DNA of 63,764 nucleotides, filler included, from Basidioascus undulatus (lineage: Eukaryota), in NCBI GenBank assembly GCA_000826855.1. It is 6 parts of 6 records of this genome, joined end to end, with 100 filler letters (N's around TTAATTAATTAA, not from the genome) between each part and the next. Parts side by side here need not be neighbours in the genome. Positions count along the whole stretch, not along the records: positions 6,730 to 13,352 come from JTLS01001707.1; positions 13,453 to 20,070 come from JTLS01001708.1; positions 20,171 to 26,775 come from JTLS01001709.1; 3 more parts are not named here. The stretch is one strand, 5' to 3'. Below, one piece after another: positions 13,252 through 25,256 of the stretch; positions within the stretch are counted from its first letter, which is position 1; every line of letters begins with the position of its first letter. A program made the translations under genes and the position numbers. A model generated the notes under the pieces. That model was not told the DNA's origin, did not search any database, and saw only the letters and a list, made by a program, of their open reading frames with translations.

Positions 13252-13317
13252 ACCAACCCTATACACCCTACTCTCCCTCCGCCGCTCATACCAACCCTAT
13301 ACACCCTACTCTCCCTC
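13252..13317. repeat. Direct repeat, 28-nt unit x2, period 38
   Basis: ACCAACCCTATACACCCTACTCTCCCTC at ~13252 and ~13290. Confidence 0.8.
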
Positions 13318-13352
13318 TCCCCTTTGCGCACCCCACGCATCATCTCAAAATA

Positions 13353-13452
13353 NNNNNNNNNNNNNNNNNNNNNNNNNNNNNNNNNNNNNNNNNNNNTTAA
13401 TTAATTAANNNNNNNNNNNNNNNNNNNNNNNNNNNNNNNNNNNNNNNNNNNN
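13353..13452. other. Artificial contig-joining spacer
   Basis: 44 N + TTAATTAATTAA + 44 N. Confidence 0.99.
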
Positions 13453-13516
13453 GAGACCCTTCCTCAGCCCCGATCCTCTTCCTCCTCTCCCCCTCCATCT
13501 TCCCCGCCCCACCATT

Positions 13517-14947
13517 TCAGCGAACCTTCCTGTTCTCCCCGACCCTCTTCCTCCTCTCCCCCTCCATCTTCCCCGCCCCAGCTTCCGCCTTCTTCCTCGC
13601 CCCCGCCCGTCCGTACTTGGCGAGCAGCCTGCGCTCGACGCCGTCTGCGACCCAGCGCGGCTCGGCGATTTCGAGGTTGTCGCGCTCCGCGAGGAAGAGC
13701 TTGTTGAAGTCCTGCGTCGCCGCCATGGGGTTTGCGGCGCCCCCGGAGAGGGCGGCCATGGATTGCATGTCGCGGGTGCCGTCGGCCGCTGGCGAGCGCA
13801 GCTCGTTTGTTAGCTTAGGGAAGGAAGAGGGAGGAAGGGCAAAAGGAGGGGACAGGGAATGGAAACGGAAAAAGGAAAGGAGGAAGAAGAAAGAAGAAGC
13901 CACGCACCATTATCATCACCCAGAATAAGCCTGAACAAGCCATTGAGGCCGAACAGGTTGAGGAAGTACCACGAGATGGAGGATACGTAGGAGGCGGGCA
14001 TGTCGGCCGTCTCGAGCCCGCGCTGGAGCATCGTCTTGAAACCGCGCGTGAGGGGGAAGGGGAGCTTGACTGTGGTGTTTGCGGAGGGGATGAGAATCTG
14101 CTTACACGGGGAGAAGGGGAGATGGAGAGGAGAGGAGAAGGGGAGCAGCGAAGATGGAGAGATGAGGGAGACAGGAGAGGCGAGAAGGGACGAACTGAGG
14201 ATGAACCCGGAGAAGAAGAACGAGATCCAGCCCATGAGGACTGTTTGGGGAATGAACATGACCTGCGCCGCGTCGACAGTTATCATGCGTCGTTCCGGCT
14301 GGAAGTCCAAGACGAATCCGTCCACGCACCATCTGCTTCTTCATCCCATCCTACACCCCCGCGCACCAACTGATCAGCTCCGTCGGCCCACCCGCAGCAG
14401 ACCCTGCTCCCAACGCACCATCATCCCGTCCATCGCGCCCGGGTCCGTAAGCGGGTTCGGCGCAGCCTTGGTCTCGCCTTCCTTGGGCGGGCCGTCCTTG
14501 AGGTACTCGCCCTTCTGGAACGCGGACGAGAGGTGCGCTTTGCGGGCGCCGAACGCCGCGGGGGGGAGGGCAGAGCCGTTTGTGCGCAGGAGGGAGGAGC
14601 GGAGGAGGGCCCGTCTGGGTGGGGTCGGGGGTCATGGTAAGGGGTAAGGGGTCGGGCAAGGGCGAAAGGGGACGGCGAGGAAGGGAGGGGAAGGGGAAGG
14701 GGAACGCACTGCTCCCGGACTGCGGTGCGCGGCTGCTTCTTTTGTGGGGACTGGAGGAGCTGCACAACGTAGTGCCTCAGGATCCCGACGAGGATCATCA
14801 CCTGCAGCGGACCGGCGTTGGGTGGGTGAGCTCGTCGCGGAGTGGGGCCAGCGGCGGGAATGGACGGACCAGGGTGATCGTAGCGAGCACCCAGTCCCTG
14901 ATCTGGGTGTCGATGTACAACCGCGGTGTTTCTAAGCTGAACGCCAT
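13517..14947 (-). CDS. EMC3: ER membrane protein complex subunit 3
   Basis: [94 protein letters not shown]. Confidence 0.95.
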
Positions 14948-15115
14948 CCTGAATGGCGATAGCGAGCGCGAGCGTGAGCGTGAAGGTGTTGATGACGGTC
15001 AGAGCCAAGGCACAGCGCAAGCGCAGCGTCGAGCGCCCTTCGGCCCGGGCGCTCAATTCCGCCTTCTCGCTTGCCTGCCTCTTGCTTTCCATCTCCATCC
15101 CACCTTCAACCCAAC

Positions 15116-16145
15116 ATGCCCCCCGCCGTAGTGCCCCCCTCCGCTTCCTCGTCCTCCCCGGCCCCCTCGGGCGGGCCCTCCTATCCAAGTATTTCGCGCG
15201 CCCGAAAGCAGACGACGAGCACGCGGTCGAGACGATTGTGCTCGCCTCGTCGACCGGCGTGCGCTTCCACGCGCCCGTCGCGCCCCTCACTGCCCACTCG
15301 CACGTCTTCCGCGACATGCTCGAGATGGCTGGGCCCAAGACGGGGTCCAAGCGCCGCAGGACGGAGGACGGCGCGGCGGAGGGGGGCGAGGACAGGGAGG
15401 AGGAGGTCGTCCAGCTCCAGGAGAACACGCCGACGCTCACGCACTTCCTTATGGTCCTCTGCGGGCGGTCGCCGTGCGTCTCTTTCCTTCTCCCTCTCCA
15501 GCCCCTCATCCCTTTCCGTCGCCCCGCTACGTGACATACACGCACGCGCGCTCACCCGCTCATAGCAACACCCCGGAGTTCCACAACAAGCCGTACGCCC
15601 CGATCCTGGAGCTCGCCCTAACCGCATACAAGTACGACGCGCAGCCCGCGCTCCTCTACGCGCGCACGCGCCTCGTCAACCTCGCCTCCCCCTCCTCCTG
15701 GAACCCGCTCGCCGCCCCTCCGCGCATATGCCATCGCCGCCCGCTTCGGGTGGGACCCCGAGGCGCGCCAAATCTCCTCCCAAACGCTGGACTGCGACCT
15801 CTCCACCATCCGCCCCGCAGATGTGCAGAACCTGCAAGGGCTGTACTACCACCGCCTGACGGAGCTGCACGCGCGCGCCTCTCCAAGGCGCGCGAGATCC
15901 TCAACGCGCAGCAGCCACCGGCGCGCCCGGGGGCGAAGGCGTGGTGGAGCGCGGTGCGCACGGCCAAGCTGGCGGAGATGGAGCGCTTTGGGGGGACGGG
16001 GAGGGAGTTTAGCGCCGGGTTTCCCTGGGCTCAGGGAGCGCCCCCGGGCGATAGGGTGGATTTGGGGGACGTGAGGGACATGATGGGCGCCATTGGCGGT
16101 CGAGGAGAGGTGGAAGGAGCTCCCGACGTCTATCTGAGGGAGTAG
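15116..16145 (+). pseudogene. BTB/POZ-domain protein gene with three frameshifts
   Basis: IVLASSTGVRFH..LTAHSHVFRDMLEM..VVQLQE..LTHFL, then AYKYDA, YAIAARFGWDPEAR and YYHRLTELH. Frame changes are needed near 15180, 15716 and 15876. Confidence 0.7.
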
Positions 16146-17081
16146 AAGGGGAGGGCATGGAGGGCCGCTACCTACTGGATGTACTTGTATCGACTGTAAT
16201 AACGCTTTCTGGTGTATAATACCCCCCTTCCGCGCTTTCTCTCCTTCCCGTGTACAGCCGCTGGGATCTACTCTGGAAACCGCCGAACGCAATATCTCTG
16301 ACAGCAAGCAAATTTTCGTGGATTAATACCCGTCGCGACATAACATTCCAGCTTGACGTACTACCCTTATCCGCACTTTCTCCCCTTCTTGTCGCTCCGC
16401 TGAAGATTCGAAGATCCGAAGGCCGTGATCGCGAAGAAAGAGCAGCCCGATGCGGCCCAAGGTGGTCTCTGCAATATTCCGACCCCAGCAGGCAAATTAC
16501 GAGAAACGCGTCTATCGCTGATGGAAGACATCAACGTTGCAGCCAGTGCAGGCCCCGACGGCCCGGATGAAACGAAGCCGTGCACCACCTGCCGCAACCG
16601 CGCTCCAGGTCCTGCTTTGGGTACATTCAAAAGGAGCGCTTCGGAGGATCAAGACATCACCTAAAGGGTGTGCACTTACCCGACTCACAAATGTACTACA
16701 TTCGTGAGCCAAACAAGTCAGTGCTTTTTGTTCACAATGCAACATCCGCGGACTTAACCGCCCTGCCTCGACGCTCCAAATGTGTGAAATGCCCTCATTC
16801 TCAAAGACACAGTGTCTCCACTCGGCCCGCTGTTTCTTCCGTACCTTGGGCCGGCGGAGATTCCACGGAATTCTGGAGATGATTCGGATAATTGAGCCAA
16901 TATTCCCCTTGTACATGTGCCGCAGGGCGGTATCCGTCTGGTTGCAGCGGCAACCTCCCTGTACCGCCTGTGCCGTTCGTACAGATCAAGCACCTTCTTA
17001 GCCTTACGTGTAGAAGCTCATTCTTTTCCTCTTCTCGTTCATCACCTCTTGCTACACAGCTTACAATACTCTGCGCCGATA

Positions 17082-17668
17082 GAACCAGTCAAGAAGGTCG
17101 TTCTCGTCACCGGTTCGTCGCATTTATGCATTACGGGTTCTAGTAGAGTGTTCTGACAGTAAAGCTCCCTGTTGTTGCAAGGTGGGGCTACGGGGATTGG
17201 CCGCATGGTAGATAGTCGACTTGGAACAACCTTCTGCCTTGTGCTTACCATCTTTCGCCCTCCGATTCTCAGATAGCCGAAGAGAAGTCGTTCACTTGGG
17301 GCAGCTGTGCCAGCTTTCTGCCCACACTGCTTCTTATTCGCCTACCTTAAGGCTTCGTGAGAAGCAATGCCAAGGTTTACATTGCTTCTCGCTCTACGCA
17401 AAGCCTCGAGGCCGTCGCTGCCGAACTCAATGCCCTGGGCCGGGGGAAATGTATCCCGCGCACACTCAACTTGCTTGACCCTGTCGAAGGGATTGAGCGA
17501 TTCGCCAAGGAGCTCGGGACCAGAGAAAAGGGCTCGTATCGCATACTACCCGTTCATGGGGTCTGGCAAAGCTGAACTGAAGATGGACGACAACCGCAGC
17601 ACTCCATGTCCTGGTCAACAAAGCGGGCGCAATCAATGTTGACAAGATTGAGGACTACCCAGACGTCA
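17082..17668 (+). pseudogene. Truncated short-chain dehydrogenase/reductase remnant (N-terminal Rossmann part)
   Basis: KVVLVTG|GATGIGRM, NAKVYIASR and LHVLVNKAG (NNAG altered). No catalytic YxxxK half follows; similarity ends near 17670. Confidence 0.7.
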
Positions 17669-18213
17669 GTGTTGCGTTTGGTTTAAAGCTTTGTTCTAGT
17701 ACCTCAATTGAAAACGCCGGCTACGGAGCCGGCCAAAACACACCAAAGGACGTCACATTGAAAGAGGGAATTTCTTAGGGCGTAATCTGTTTTTATCGGT
17801 TGAACGTTTACGAATACATTGAGCATGAAAAATGAGGGTACGCTGTTGAGCTTCGCGGCGTGCCGAAGGTGCAGAGCGTGGGAGAGCCTCGAAGTACGCC
17901 CAGGCAGGCTGCTGCAGGCAAGGCCTAGGTCACCAACTGAGCTGAGGAAGTCGTATCCGAATCTGAAAACGACATCTTGCAAGAGTGGGCAAGGCCCTGG
18001 TGTAAAGTTCGCGAAAGGAGCAAGTCGGGAGTGTGTGGGAGGGCGATGGAGAGGCAGATCCCTCTTCACTGCCACCTTCTCACAGCGGCGGGACAGGCTG
18101 CACCGAGTCGCAGCCCAATCACACCCCCGCGCTTTGTCCAACGCTAGCCGCTGATCCCGCTCGACGGCGCAGCCGAACGGTCGGCAGCACGCAGCTCGAA
18201 CCCCGAACCCCGA

Positions 18214-19604
18214 TCAATCGCTCTCATCCCCGTCTGTCCACTTGATTCCCTCCTGCTCGCCATCCTCCTCATCCTGTTCCGCCGCCCGCATCCGCTCGTA
18301 AAGGGTCCAGTCCACGGCCTTGTCGTCGGAGCCCATAAGGGTCGCGTCGGACGTGGCGAGTGAGCGGTCGCGCTCGAAGAGCTGCTTGCCTGTTGGACGC
18401 GCGCGTGAGAGCCCATTAATGATCCTTCTCATTCACTCGCCTCACTTCACAAGAGATTGTTGCGGGAAGAGGGCAATTGGGGGGGGAGAAAGGAATGGCA
18501 AAGTGGCGACGTACCGGACTTCCTTCCGCCCCGCTTAGCCATCTCGTCCCTCTCCTTCGGCGCGAGCTTCGCGAGCGCCTCATCCTCCTGCGCTTTGAGA
18601 CCGGCCGCCCGCTCGGCAAGGAACTTTTCTCGCCAAGCAAGGAAGGACTCGCGCGTGACGGGTGTGCCACGGGTGCGTGCTACCTCGTCCTGCGGATCAC
18701 AAGCCCCCACGACCATATCCAGTATCAGTTTCCGCCACCGGACGTGCGTGGAAAATTCGAGCGGGAAGACGAAGATGGAGAAGTGGGACGCGAGGAGGGA
18801 TGAAGACGGGACGCGAGCAGAGGGTGGAGACTAGCAACCACGACGCACCTCAACCTCTGCCTCCTTCCTCCGATTCTCCTCAGCCTCCTTACGCTCTTGC
18901 CGGGACATCACAACCACCGAGAGCTTCTCCTTGAGCCAGCTCGCAAGAGTGAAGACGAGCGGCATGCCGAGCGACTCCTCGCCCTAAACGCACCGACCGA
19001 CCGTCAGTCGTCCCATCCTTGGGTGAAGAGAGGGACAGAAGAGCAGAACATAGACGACTCACCACCTCCACTAGTCCCTCACGCAACATCTCGTCCTCCT
19101 GCTGCGCCAACTCCCCCTCGAGCGGGGTGATGTCCATCTCGGGCAAGGCATCGGGGTAGGAGGCCGTGTAGGTTATACGGAGGGAGAGGATGACTGTGGG
19201 GAGTGGGGAGGGGTTGAGCGGAGACTTGAAACGGGTCTGGGAGATAGGCGGTGGTGACAGACGAGAGTCGCCGACAGGCTCTTCAGGCTCGACGCGGATG
19301 GTGAGCTCGAGGTCGGATATGCCTGTGCGTGCCCCGATGCAGACCCGCCATGAGCCTCACGCTTGGGATAGAGCAGTGGCTCGAATGGGGACGGACGTTC
19401 AAGCTCGTCCGGAAAGATGGACTCGAGAACCTGCGGGTCAAGGCTGTTGAGCAGGGCAGCGGTGGAGAAGGACAACATGGATGGACGGACCTCATACTCC
19501 TCCGCGAGCACAGCCTGGAACTCGTCTGTTTCCCCGCGCGCAGATGCACATGGACTGTCAATGCGGGTGTGAAAGCGTGAAATGTGGAGATACAGACCTG
19601 ACAT
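18214..19604 (-). CDS. GIR2: RWD domain protein (Gir2/RWDD1, DRG GTPase partner)
   Basis: MS|DEFQAVLAEEYE|VLESIFPDEL, YPDALPE, EESLGMPLVFTL, GTPVTRESFLAWREKF, GKQLFERD, acidic tail. Confidence 0.92.
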
Positions 19605-19766
19605 TGCTAGGAAATGCGCTTCGCAGTCGGTGTGCAAGCGAGAGCAGATGCACCGGCATCGTGCCTTCTCCCGAGTAACCCTAACGTCCTCTCGGCGCCT
19701 TCCCGCTCCAGGACACCGCCGTGCCTTGACCGACTCCCAACAACACCTCTACGCTCCATATTCACC

Positions 19767-20070
19767 ATGGCCCCTCACGCCCTTCCGACCGCGACTAACC
19801 TCTCCGGCGCCGGCCTCCGCATCGGTGTCGTCCACACCCGCTGGAACGCCGAGATCATCGACGCGCTCGTCAAGGGCACCGTCTCCCGCTTGCACGACCT
19901 CGGCGTCGCCCCGCAGGACGTGATCGTCCAGAAGGTGGCCGGGAGCTGGGAGCTGCCTAGTGCGACCCTCAAGTGCGTTCGATTCAATGACTACAGGAGG
20001 AAATTTGGGCACTGACAGGTGTCGGAGGCTCACAGGATGATCCAAGCCGCTCGCACGCAGTCCACCAAGA
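19767..20070 (+). CDS. RIB4: 6,7-dimethyl-8-ribityllumazine synthase, 3' partial
   Basis: GLRIGVVHTRWNAEIIDALVKG..VQKVAGSWELP; truncated at the spacer. Confidence 0.93.
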
Positions 20071-20170
20071 NNNNNNNNNNNNNNNNNNNNNNNNNNNNNN
20101 NNNNNNNNNNNNNNTTAATTAATTAANNNNNNNNNNNNNNNNNNNNNNNNNNNNNNNNNNNNNNNNNNNN
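20071..20170. other. Artificial contig-joining spacer
   Basis: 44 N + TTAATTAATTAA + 44 N. Confidence 0.99.
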
Positions 20171-23100
20171 CGCGCCTCCGCCGCCTCCGCCCGCGATGCA
20201 GCAGCGCGTGCGCACCGCGCCGCCCTCCCCGCGCCCGCAGCTCAAGCTCGGTACCCTGCCCCTCCCGCTCCCGCTCCCCGGTGCGATGGCAGTGACGGCC
20301 ACCGCGCCGGGGACGCCGCGCGGGATGCTCCCTCCCGACGACGAGGTCGTGCAGACACGGGAGGTGCACAAGCAGCGTGACGAGCACGGCCGGACCATCG
20401 TCAACCAGTATTTAATCCTGGAGGAGATTGGGAAGGGCATGCACGGGAAGGTCCGCAAGGCGATGGATCTGGATACGGGCGAGTACTGGGTGAGTTTGGG
20501 GAGAAGACACGCCAACGACTTCCCTCTTTCCCCTGGACCCATACCCCTTCCAGCCTTGCGCGCTCACACACGTCTCCCTCCAGGCTGTAAAGATAGTCAA
20601 CCGAACACCCAAACGGCGAATACTCGGTCTCCGCACACCAACGACGCTTTCCCCGTCCCTCTCCTCCCCCTCCGACTCGTTCTCCCCCTCCTCTTCCTTA
20701 TCCCCCTCCGCCGCCTTCCATCAACACGTCCGCAAGCCGACGGACGAGAAAATCCGAAAGGAGATCGCCATCCTCAAAAAGTGCCGGCATCAGAACGTCG
20801 TGCGCTTACGGGAGGTCATCGACGACGGCGCGAGCCGGACGATCTTCATGGGTGCGTGTGCGGGAAGGAGGGGAGACAGGGAGGGAGAGAGGGGATCCAT
20901 GGCTGATGGGAGGGAGCGGATGAACAGTCTTGGAGTTGATGGATGGTGGAGAGGTGCAATGGAAGCATGAGCGGTTCTCGGAGGCGGGCGAGCGCATAGA
21001 CGAGCCGAGCATGACCGTTGAAGAGGCGAGAAAGACATTTCGCGATGTTGTCCTCGGGCTGGAATACCGTGCGTCCCCCTGATTCCTTCCACCAACCTGT
21101 CCCCTCTCCAACCTCCCTTGCCTTCCTTTCATAGTCCACTACCAAGGCATCATCCACCGCGACATCAAGCCTGCCAACCTGCTCTGGACGTCCGATCGGA
21201 CCGTCAAGATCTCCGACTTTGGCGTCTCGCACTTCTCCTACGCCCTTCGCTCTGACCCGTCCCCCACGCACTCTCCCTCTGGCCCGCCTCCCTCCCCGGA
21301 CGAACCCGTCTTCTCCGACCACGACCTCGCCAAGACGGCGGGCTCGCCGGCCTTCTTCGCGCCGGAGCTCTGCCACCAGGGCCGCCCGGGCATGATCACG
21401 AACGCGATCGACATCTGGGCGCTCGGCGTGACGCTCTACTGTCTCCTCTTCGGCACGACGCCCTTTACCGCCGAGAGCGAGTACGCGCTCATGAACGTCA
21501 TCCCCGCGGAGGACATCCGATTCCCGCCCGAGATGGGCGCGGACCGCGTGCCGGTGTGGGGCGGGGACGAGGGCGAGCAGGTCAGGGATCTGCTGTGCGG
21601 ACTGCTGGAGAAGGACTCGCAGAAGCGGATCACGCTGGCGGAGGTCAAGGTGCGTCCATGCTGCCGGTTCTTTAGATCGTCGAAGCAAGGCAGGCTCGCT
21701 GTCCACGGGATGCTGATGGGCGCGGGTATCCATCACAGGCGCACCCCTGGGTCCTCCGGAACCTTGAGGCGCCCACCGCCTGGCTAGCCGACACGGACGT
21801 GAACGCGTCCCCCGCCCTCGTCGTTTCGCACGAGGAAGTCGCCTCTGCGCTGACGTTCAAATCGCGTCTCAAGCGTGGCTGGAAAAACGTCGTCACGCTC
21901 CTCTCTGGCTCGTCCGGCGGCCGCCGGCGCTCGGGCAGCCAGAGCTCCGCGGCGGAGACGACTGAGGGCGAGCTCGACTCAGGGGACGCCACGGTGCGCG
22001 CACGCTCGTCGGTCCGGATCCCCTCTGGCGGGCAGACGCCGGGTCGCATCTCCCCCTCTCCCGCTGGAGGAGCGGCCAGCAGCCCCGGTCAAAGTAGGCA
22101 GTTCTCATTGCTCGGTCCCGGACCTGCCTCTTCTCGCGCGCGTTCTCCCGTACCTCCTCACCCGCCCTCCTCCGACGAGAGCACGCCTCACGCGAGCAAC
22201 GGTTCAAACACGTCTCCGCTCGCGCGCACAACCTCCATATCTTCCACCACGTCCTCCGTCATCTCACGACTCGCACACCTCCCCAAGCGTCGATCGTCGC
22301 ACCAGCTCGGCCACTCCCCCGCCTCCCCGCGCACGTCCCTCTCCTCCGACGGACACTCTTCCGCAAGCGAGCGCGCGTTCGCGCCGCCCCGCCCGCCGGG
22401 CATGAAGCGCGTCGAGAGTGACACCGCGACGGTGTCCGCCACGAGCACGAGCAGCAAGTTCGGGTTCAAGGGCCTTTTTCGCGGGCTCAGCGGCAGCCGG
22501 CGCGGGAAACACGGCTCGGCCTCGAAGGACCTCGACGGGGACTGGGCGCTCGTCCATACCAGTCCGTCGCTCGCGGCCATCGGCTCCGCCGTCCGCAGGG
22601 GGAGCATGACGAGCTCGAGCAGCCCGGGCACGCCCGATCCAAGGCAGACTGTCCGGCCGACCATCCCGCAACCGAACCCAGCGTCATCATCCAAAACCGG
22701 GCAGTTCTCAGACGCGGACGTCGATGTGGACGTGGACGAGGAGACCGACCTTGACCTCAACCTCTCCGACGACGACGATTCGGACACGGACTCCGAGCGC
22801 GCATACGAGCCCCTCCCGCGCGATCGGCAGCGCCCTGGGCTGGGCCTGAGCATCCCGCGCTCGTATGGGTCTTCGAACCTGTTCGTGCCCGATGATGACG
22901 ACGACGACGAGGACGGAACGGGCGCGACGGGAGGGTGGAGCAATACGGGGCTCGGCGGCTGGCGACCTGTCCGCGCCGCGCCGGCAGCTGCCGACGAGTC
23001 TGATTCGGACGCGCTCACGCCTCGCCCTGCCGCGGATCCCGTGCCCTCGTCCCCCGCCTCTGCGCGGACTGCCAAAGCCCCACTCCTCCCCCCACCGCTG

Positions 23101-23373
23101 GTCGAGCCCGCCCAAGCACCGGAGACCCGCGCGGGGGCAGCCGTGGAGAAGCGGCGAGGGAGCGAGGGGGACGATGAGGACGAGGAGGAAGATGAGGAGG
23201 GAGGGCTCGAGATCGTTACGCCTCGGCGGGAGCGGGAGAAGCAGCGACAGCGCAGCGAGAGCCCGACGCCGACGCCGACGCCGACGAGTCGAGCGCCTCC
23301 CTCAAAGGGCCAGGACGGGCTCCTCGCTCCCCGTGCTCCTCCACCGTCGTCCGCCCACGATCCCGCGCCCTAG
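20171..23373 (+). CDS. CAMKK-family Ser/Thr kinase (Ssp1/Sak1/Elm1-like Snf1-activating kinase), possibly 5' partial
   Basis: IVNQYLILEEIGKGMHGKVR, KIRKEIAILKKCRHQNVVRLREVIDD, IIHRDIKPANLL, ISDFGVS, KTAGSPAFFAPE, IDIWALGVTLYCLLFG; long Ser/acidic C-terminal tail. Confidence 0.92.
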
Positions 23374-24419
23374 CGCCCACCTCTGATCGCAGACGCCTTC
23401 CGCTTTCCGCTGCACACCCTTTATACACTTGATTCCTCATCCTCATCGCATTGATAGCAACTCGCACTCCATCACTTCTGCTGCAACACTCGCATTTTCT
23501 ATCATCATCTATCATCGACCATCATCATTCGTTCGTTTGTTCGTTTCCTCCATCCTTCCCCCCCGCAACCCTTTTTCTTTTCTGCTGTGGTTCATCTCCG
23601 GATTCACCGCCGGCTTTGTCGTTCGAGCTGCGAGAAGACGCAACTTACCCCCTTTCCATTTTTGCTTCGCGCTGCGCCCGCGACATTCGATTGATAGAGC
23701 TTGTACTTGGCTTGGTGGCGAAGAGTGGGCGGCAATCATGTGCACGTTTCGGGAGGCAGAGATAGAGCACTTCCAGCAATGTGCATTTTGTATTGCACTG
23801 GCGAGACGAAGGGGAGGACGTAAACTGGTATGAGCGTGAAGAGGGGTTGTCTTTCAGCCTTTCGGGGCGTCTATGCTCGGGGTTACGGAGGTGGGGTCGG
23901 TGAAGGGGGTCACCTGACAACTACTTGAGCCGCAGAAAGCCAGGCTTGAAGGAAAGGAAAGAAGAGACAACCCACAGCCACTGGATGTCACGGTAGAGAA
24001 AGGCCGTTGCTGGCGCAGCGGACGTGGCGGAGTGGCAAAGGGCAGTGGGACGCTGCACTACTTTTATGGTAGAGTATTTGACTTTACGAACACGTCGACT
24101 GAAGTAGAGCCCACCTATGGAGCAAGCGGGAAGCGAAGACATGGTCCTACGGGAAAAGGTGTTCTCAAATCTAACGACCATTTTTGCTTTGGAAGGGGCG
24201 GAGGAGAGAAGCGCTCGTTCCCTGAATCAGATATTGTACTATAGACCCTGCATGTCTATCAGTCTACCATGCAGTCATACGATGCTCTGTAAAGGAACAA
24301 TGGGGCTGAGCGAGATACATCATACGAACGCCTGAAGACGGTGCAAAAGGATTTTTGCAACGGAACTCATCAGAACAGTTGAACAGGCCCAGCACCCGCT
24401 CCCGGCCACGGAGTGTAAA

Positions 24420-25256
24420 CATATCTACCAAGCAAGGCAAGAACAAACACCGGCAAGAGCATCAGGTAGAGCCTCACGGAAGAAACGAATAGCGGATTGT
24501 CAAGGCCATACTCCTCCCAAATCAGGTGACATGAGCAAAGCTGCGGTGTTCTCCAAAGAAGCAAGCGAACACACTGACCTGGTGCCTCTCGTACCTCAGG
24601 TAAAACACGCGGTACAGCGCTCCGAAAAAGATGGATACCACAGCGCTCATGCTGATTTTGCAGGTCTATGTCCGGCGCAAGAGCTCGGGCACGTCCGCGA
24701 GCGCGAGGAGGTAGAGCCCTGTGCTCCAGGCGTCCTCCATCGTGGAGAACGGCAGGGCGAAGGGGGTCTCGAAATTGGGATAGTGGTATGCGAGGCCGAG
24801 GAGGACTGCGAGGAGGAGGAGCGCGAAGGGAAGCTTGTGAGTGTTCACGCTGGCACTGTAATGCAGAGCACTCGTCAAGAAGATTGTGCAGAGGGGACAC
24901 CAAGCCATTGGAGCTGCATACCGGAAGGGGCGCTGGCGGAGGAAGACCTGGACGAGAGCGCCAGGAGGGCTTTCTTGAGCAGGACGCCGTACGCGGTTCT
25001 GTAGTACCCATTATAGTCGAACGGCAAGATCTCGGGCGCGTATTTGAAGAAGAGGCCTAGGAAGCGAAAGAACACAGTCTAGGCGGATATACGACCGCTG
25101 CGTGGATAGAGAAGTACCAAAAAGGAGAGGAAGATGCAGGCGTTTCCTGGTCACGAAAAAGACGCAAGTTTGAGAAGACGGCAATGCGAAATGGCTCAAC
25201 GTCGACCTACCGAGATGACGGAGATAGCCAAAGTCAAATCTTGAGAAGAAGCTCAT
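24420..25256 (-). pseudogene. Divergent ERD2/KDEL-receptor-like gene, disrupted
   Basis: Collinear motifs GTSLSTQ, VFFRFLGLF, YGVLLKKALL, WSTGLYLLALADVPEL and GALYRVFY resemble the KDEL receptor motifs GISxKTQ, RYLDLF, YNTxMK, WTFSIYLEAVAILPQL and LGLYRALY. They span several frames, with TAG at 24666-24668. Confidence 0.55.

Noticed and set aside
13252..13352. AACCCT/ACCCTA-containing repeat at a contig end as a telomere
   Set aside because: Only two 28-nt copies and no tandem CCCTAA array.
20846..23075. Long antisense or overlapping ORFs (e.g. 20846-21736, 22188-23075; also 49890-50870 and 61667-62779)
   Set aside because: Shadow ORFs caused by the high GC3 of the real genes on the opposite strand.
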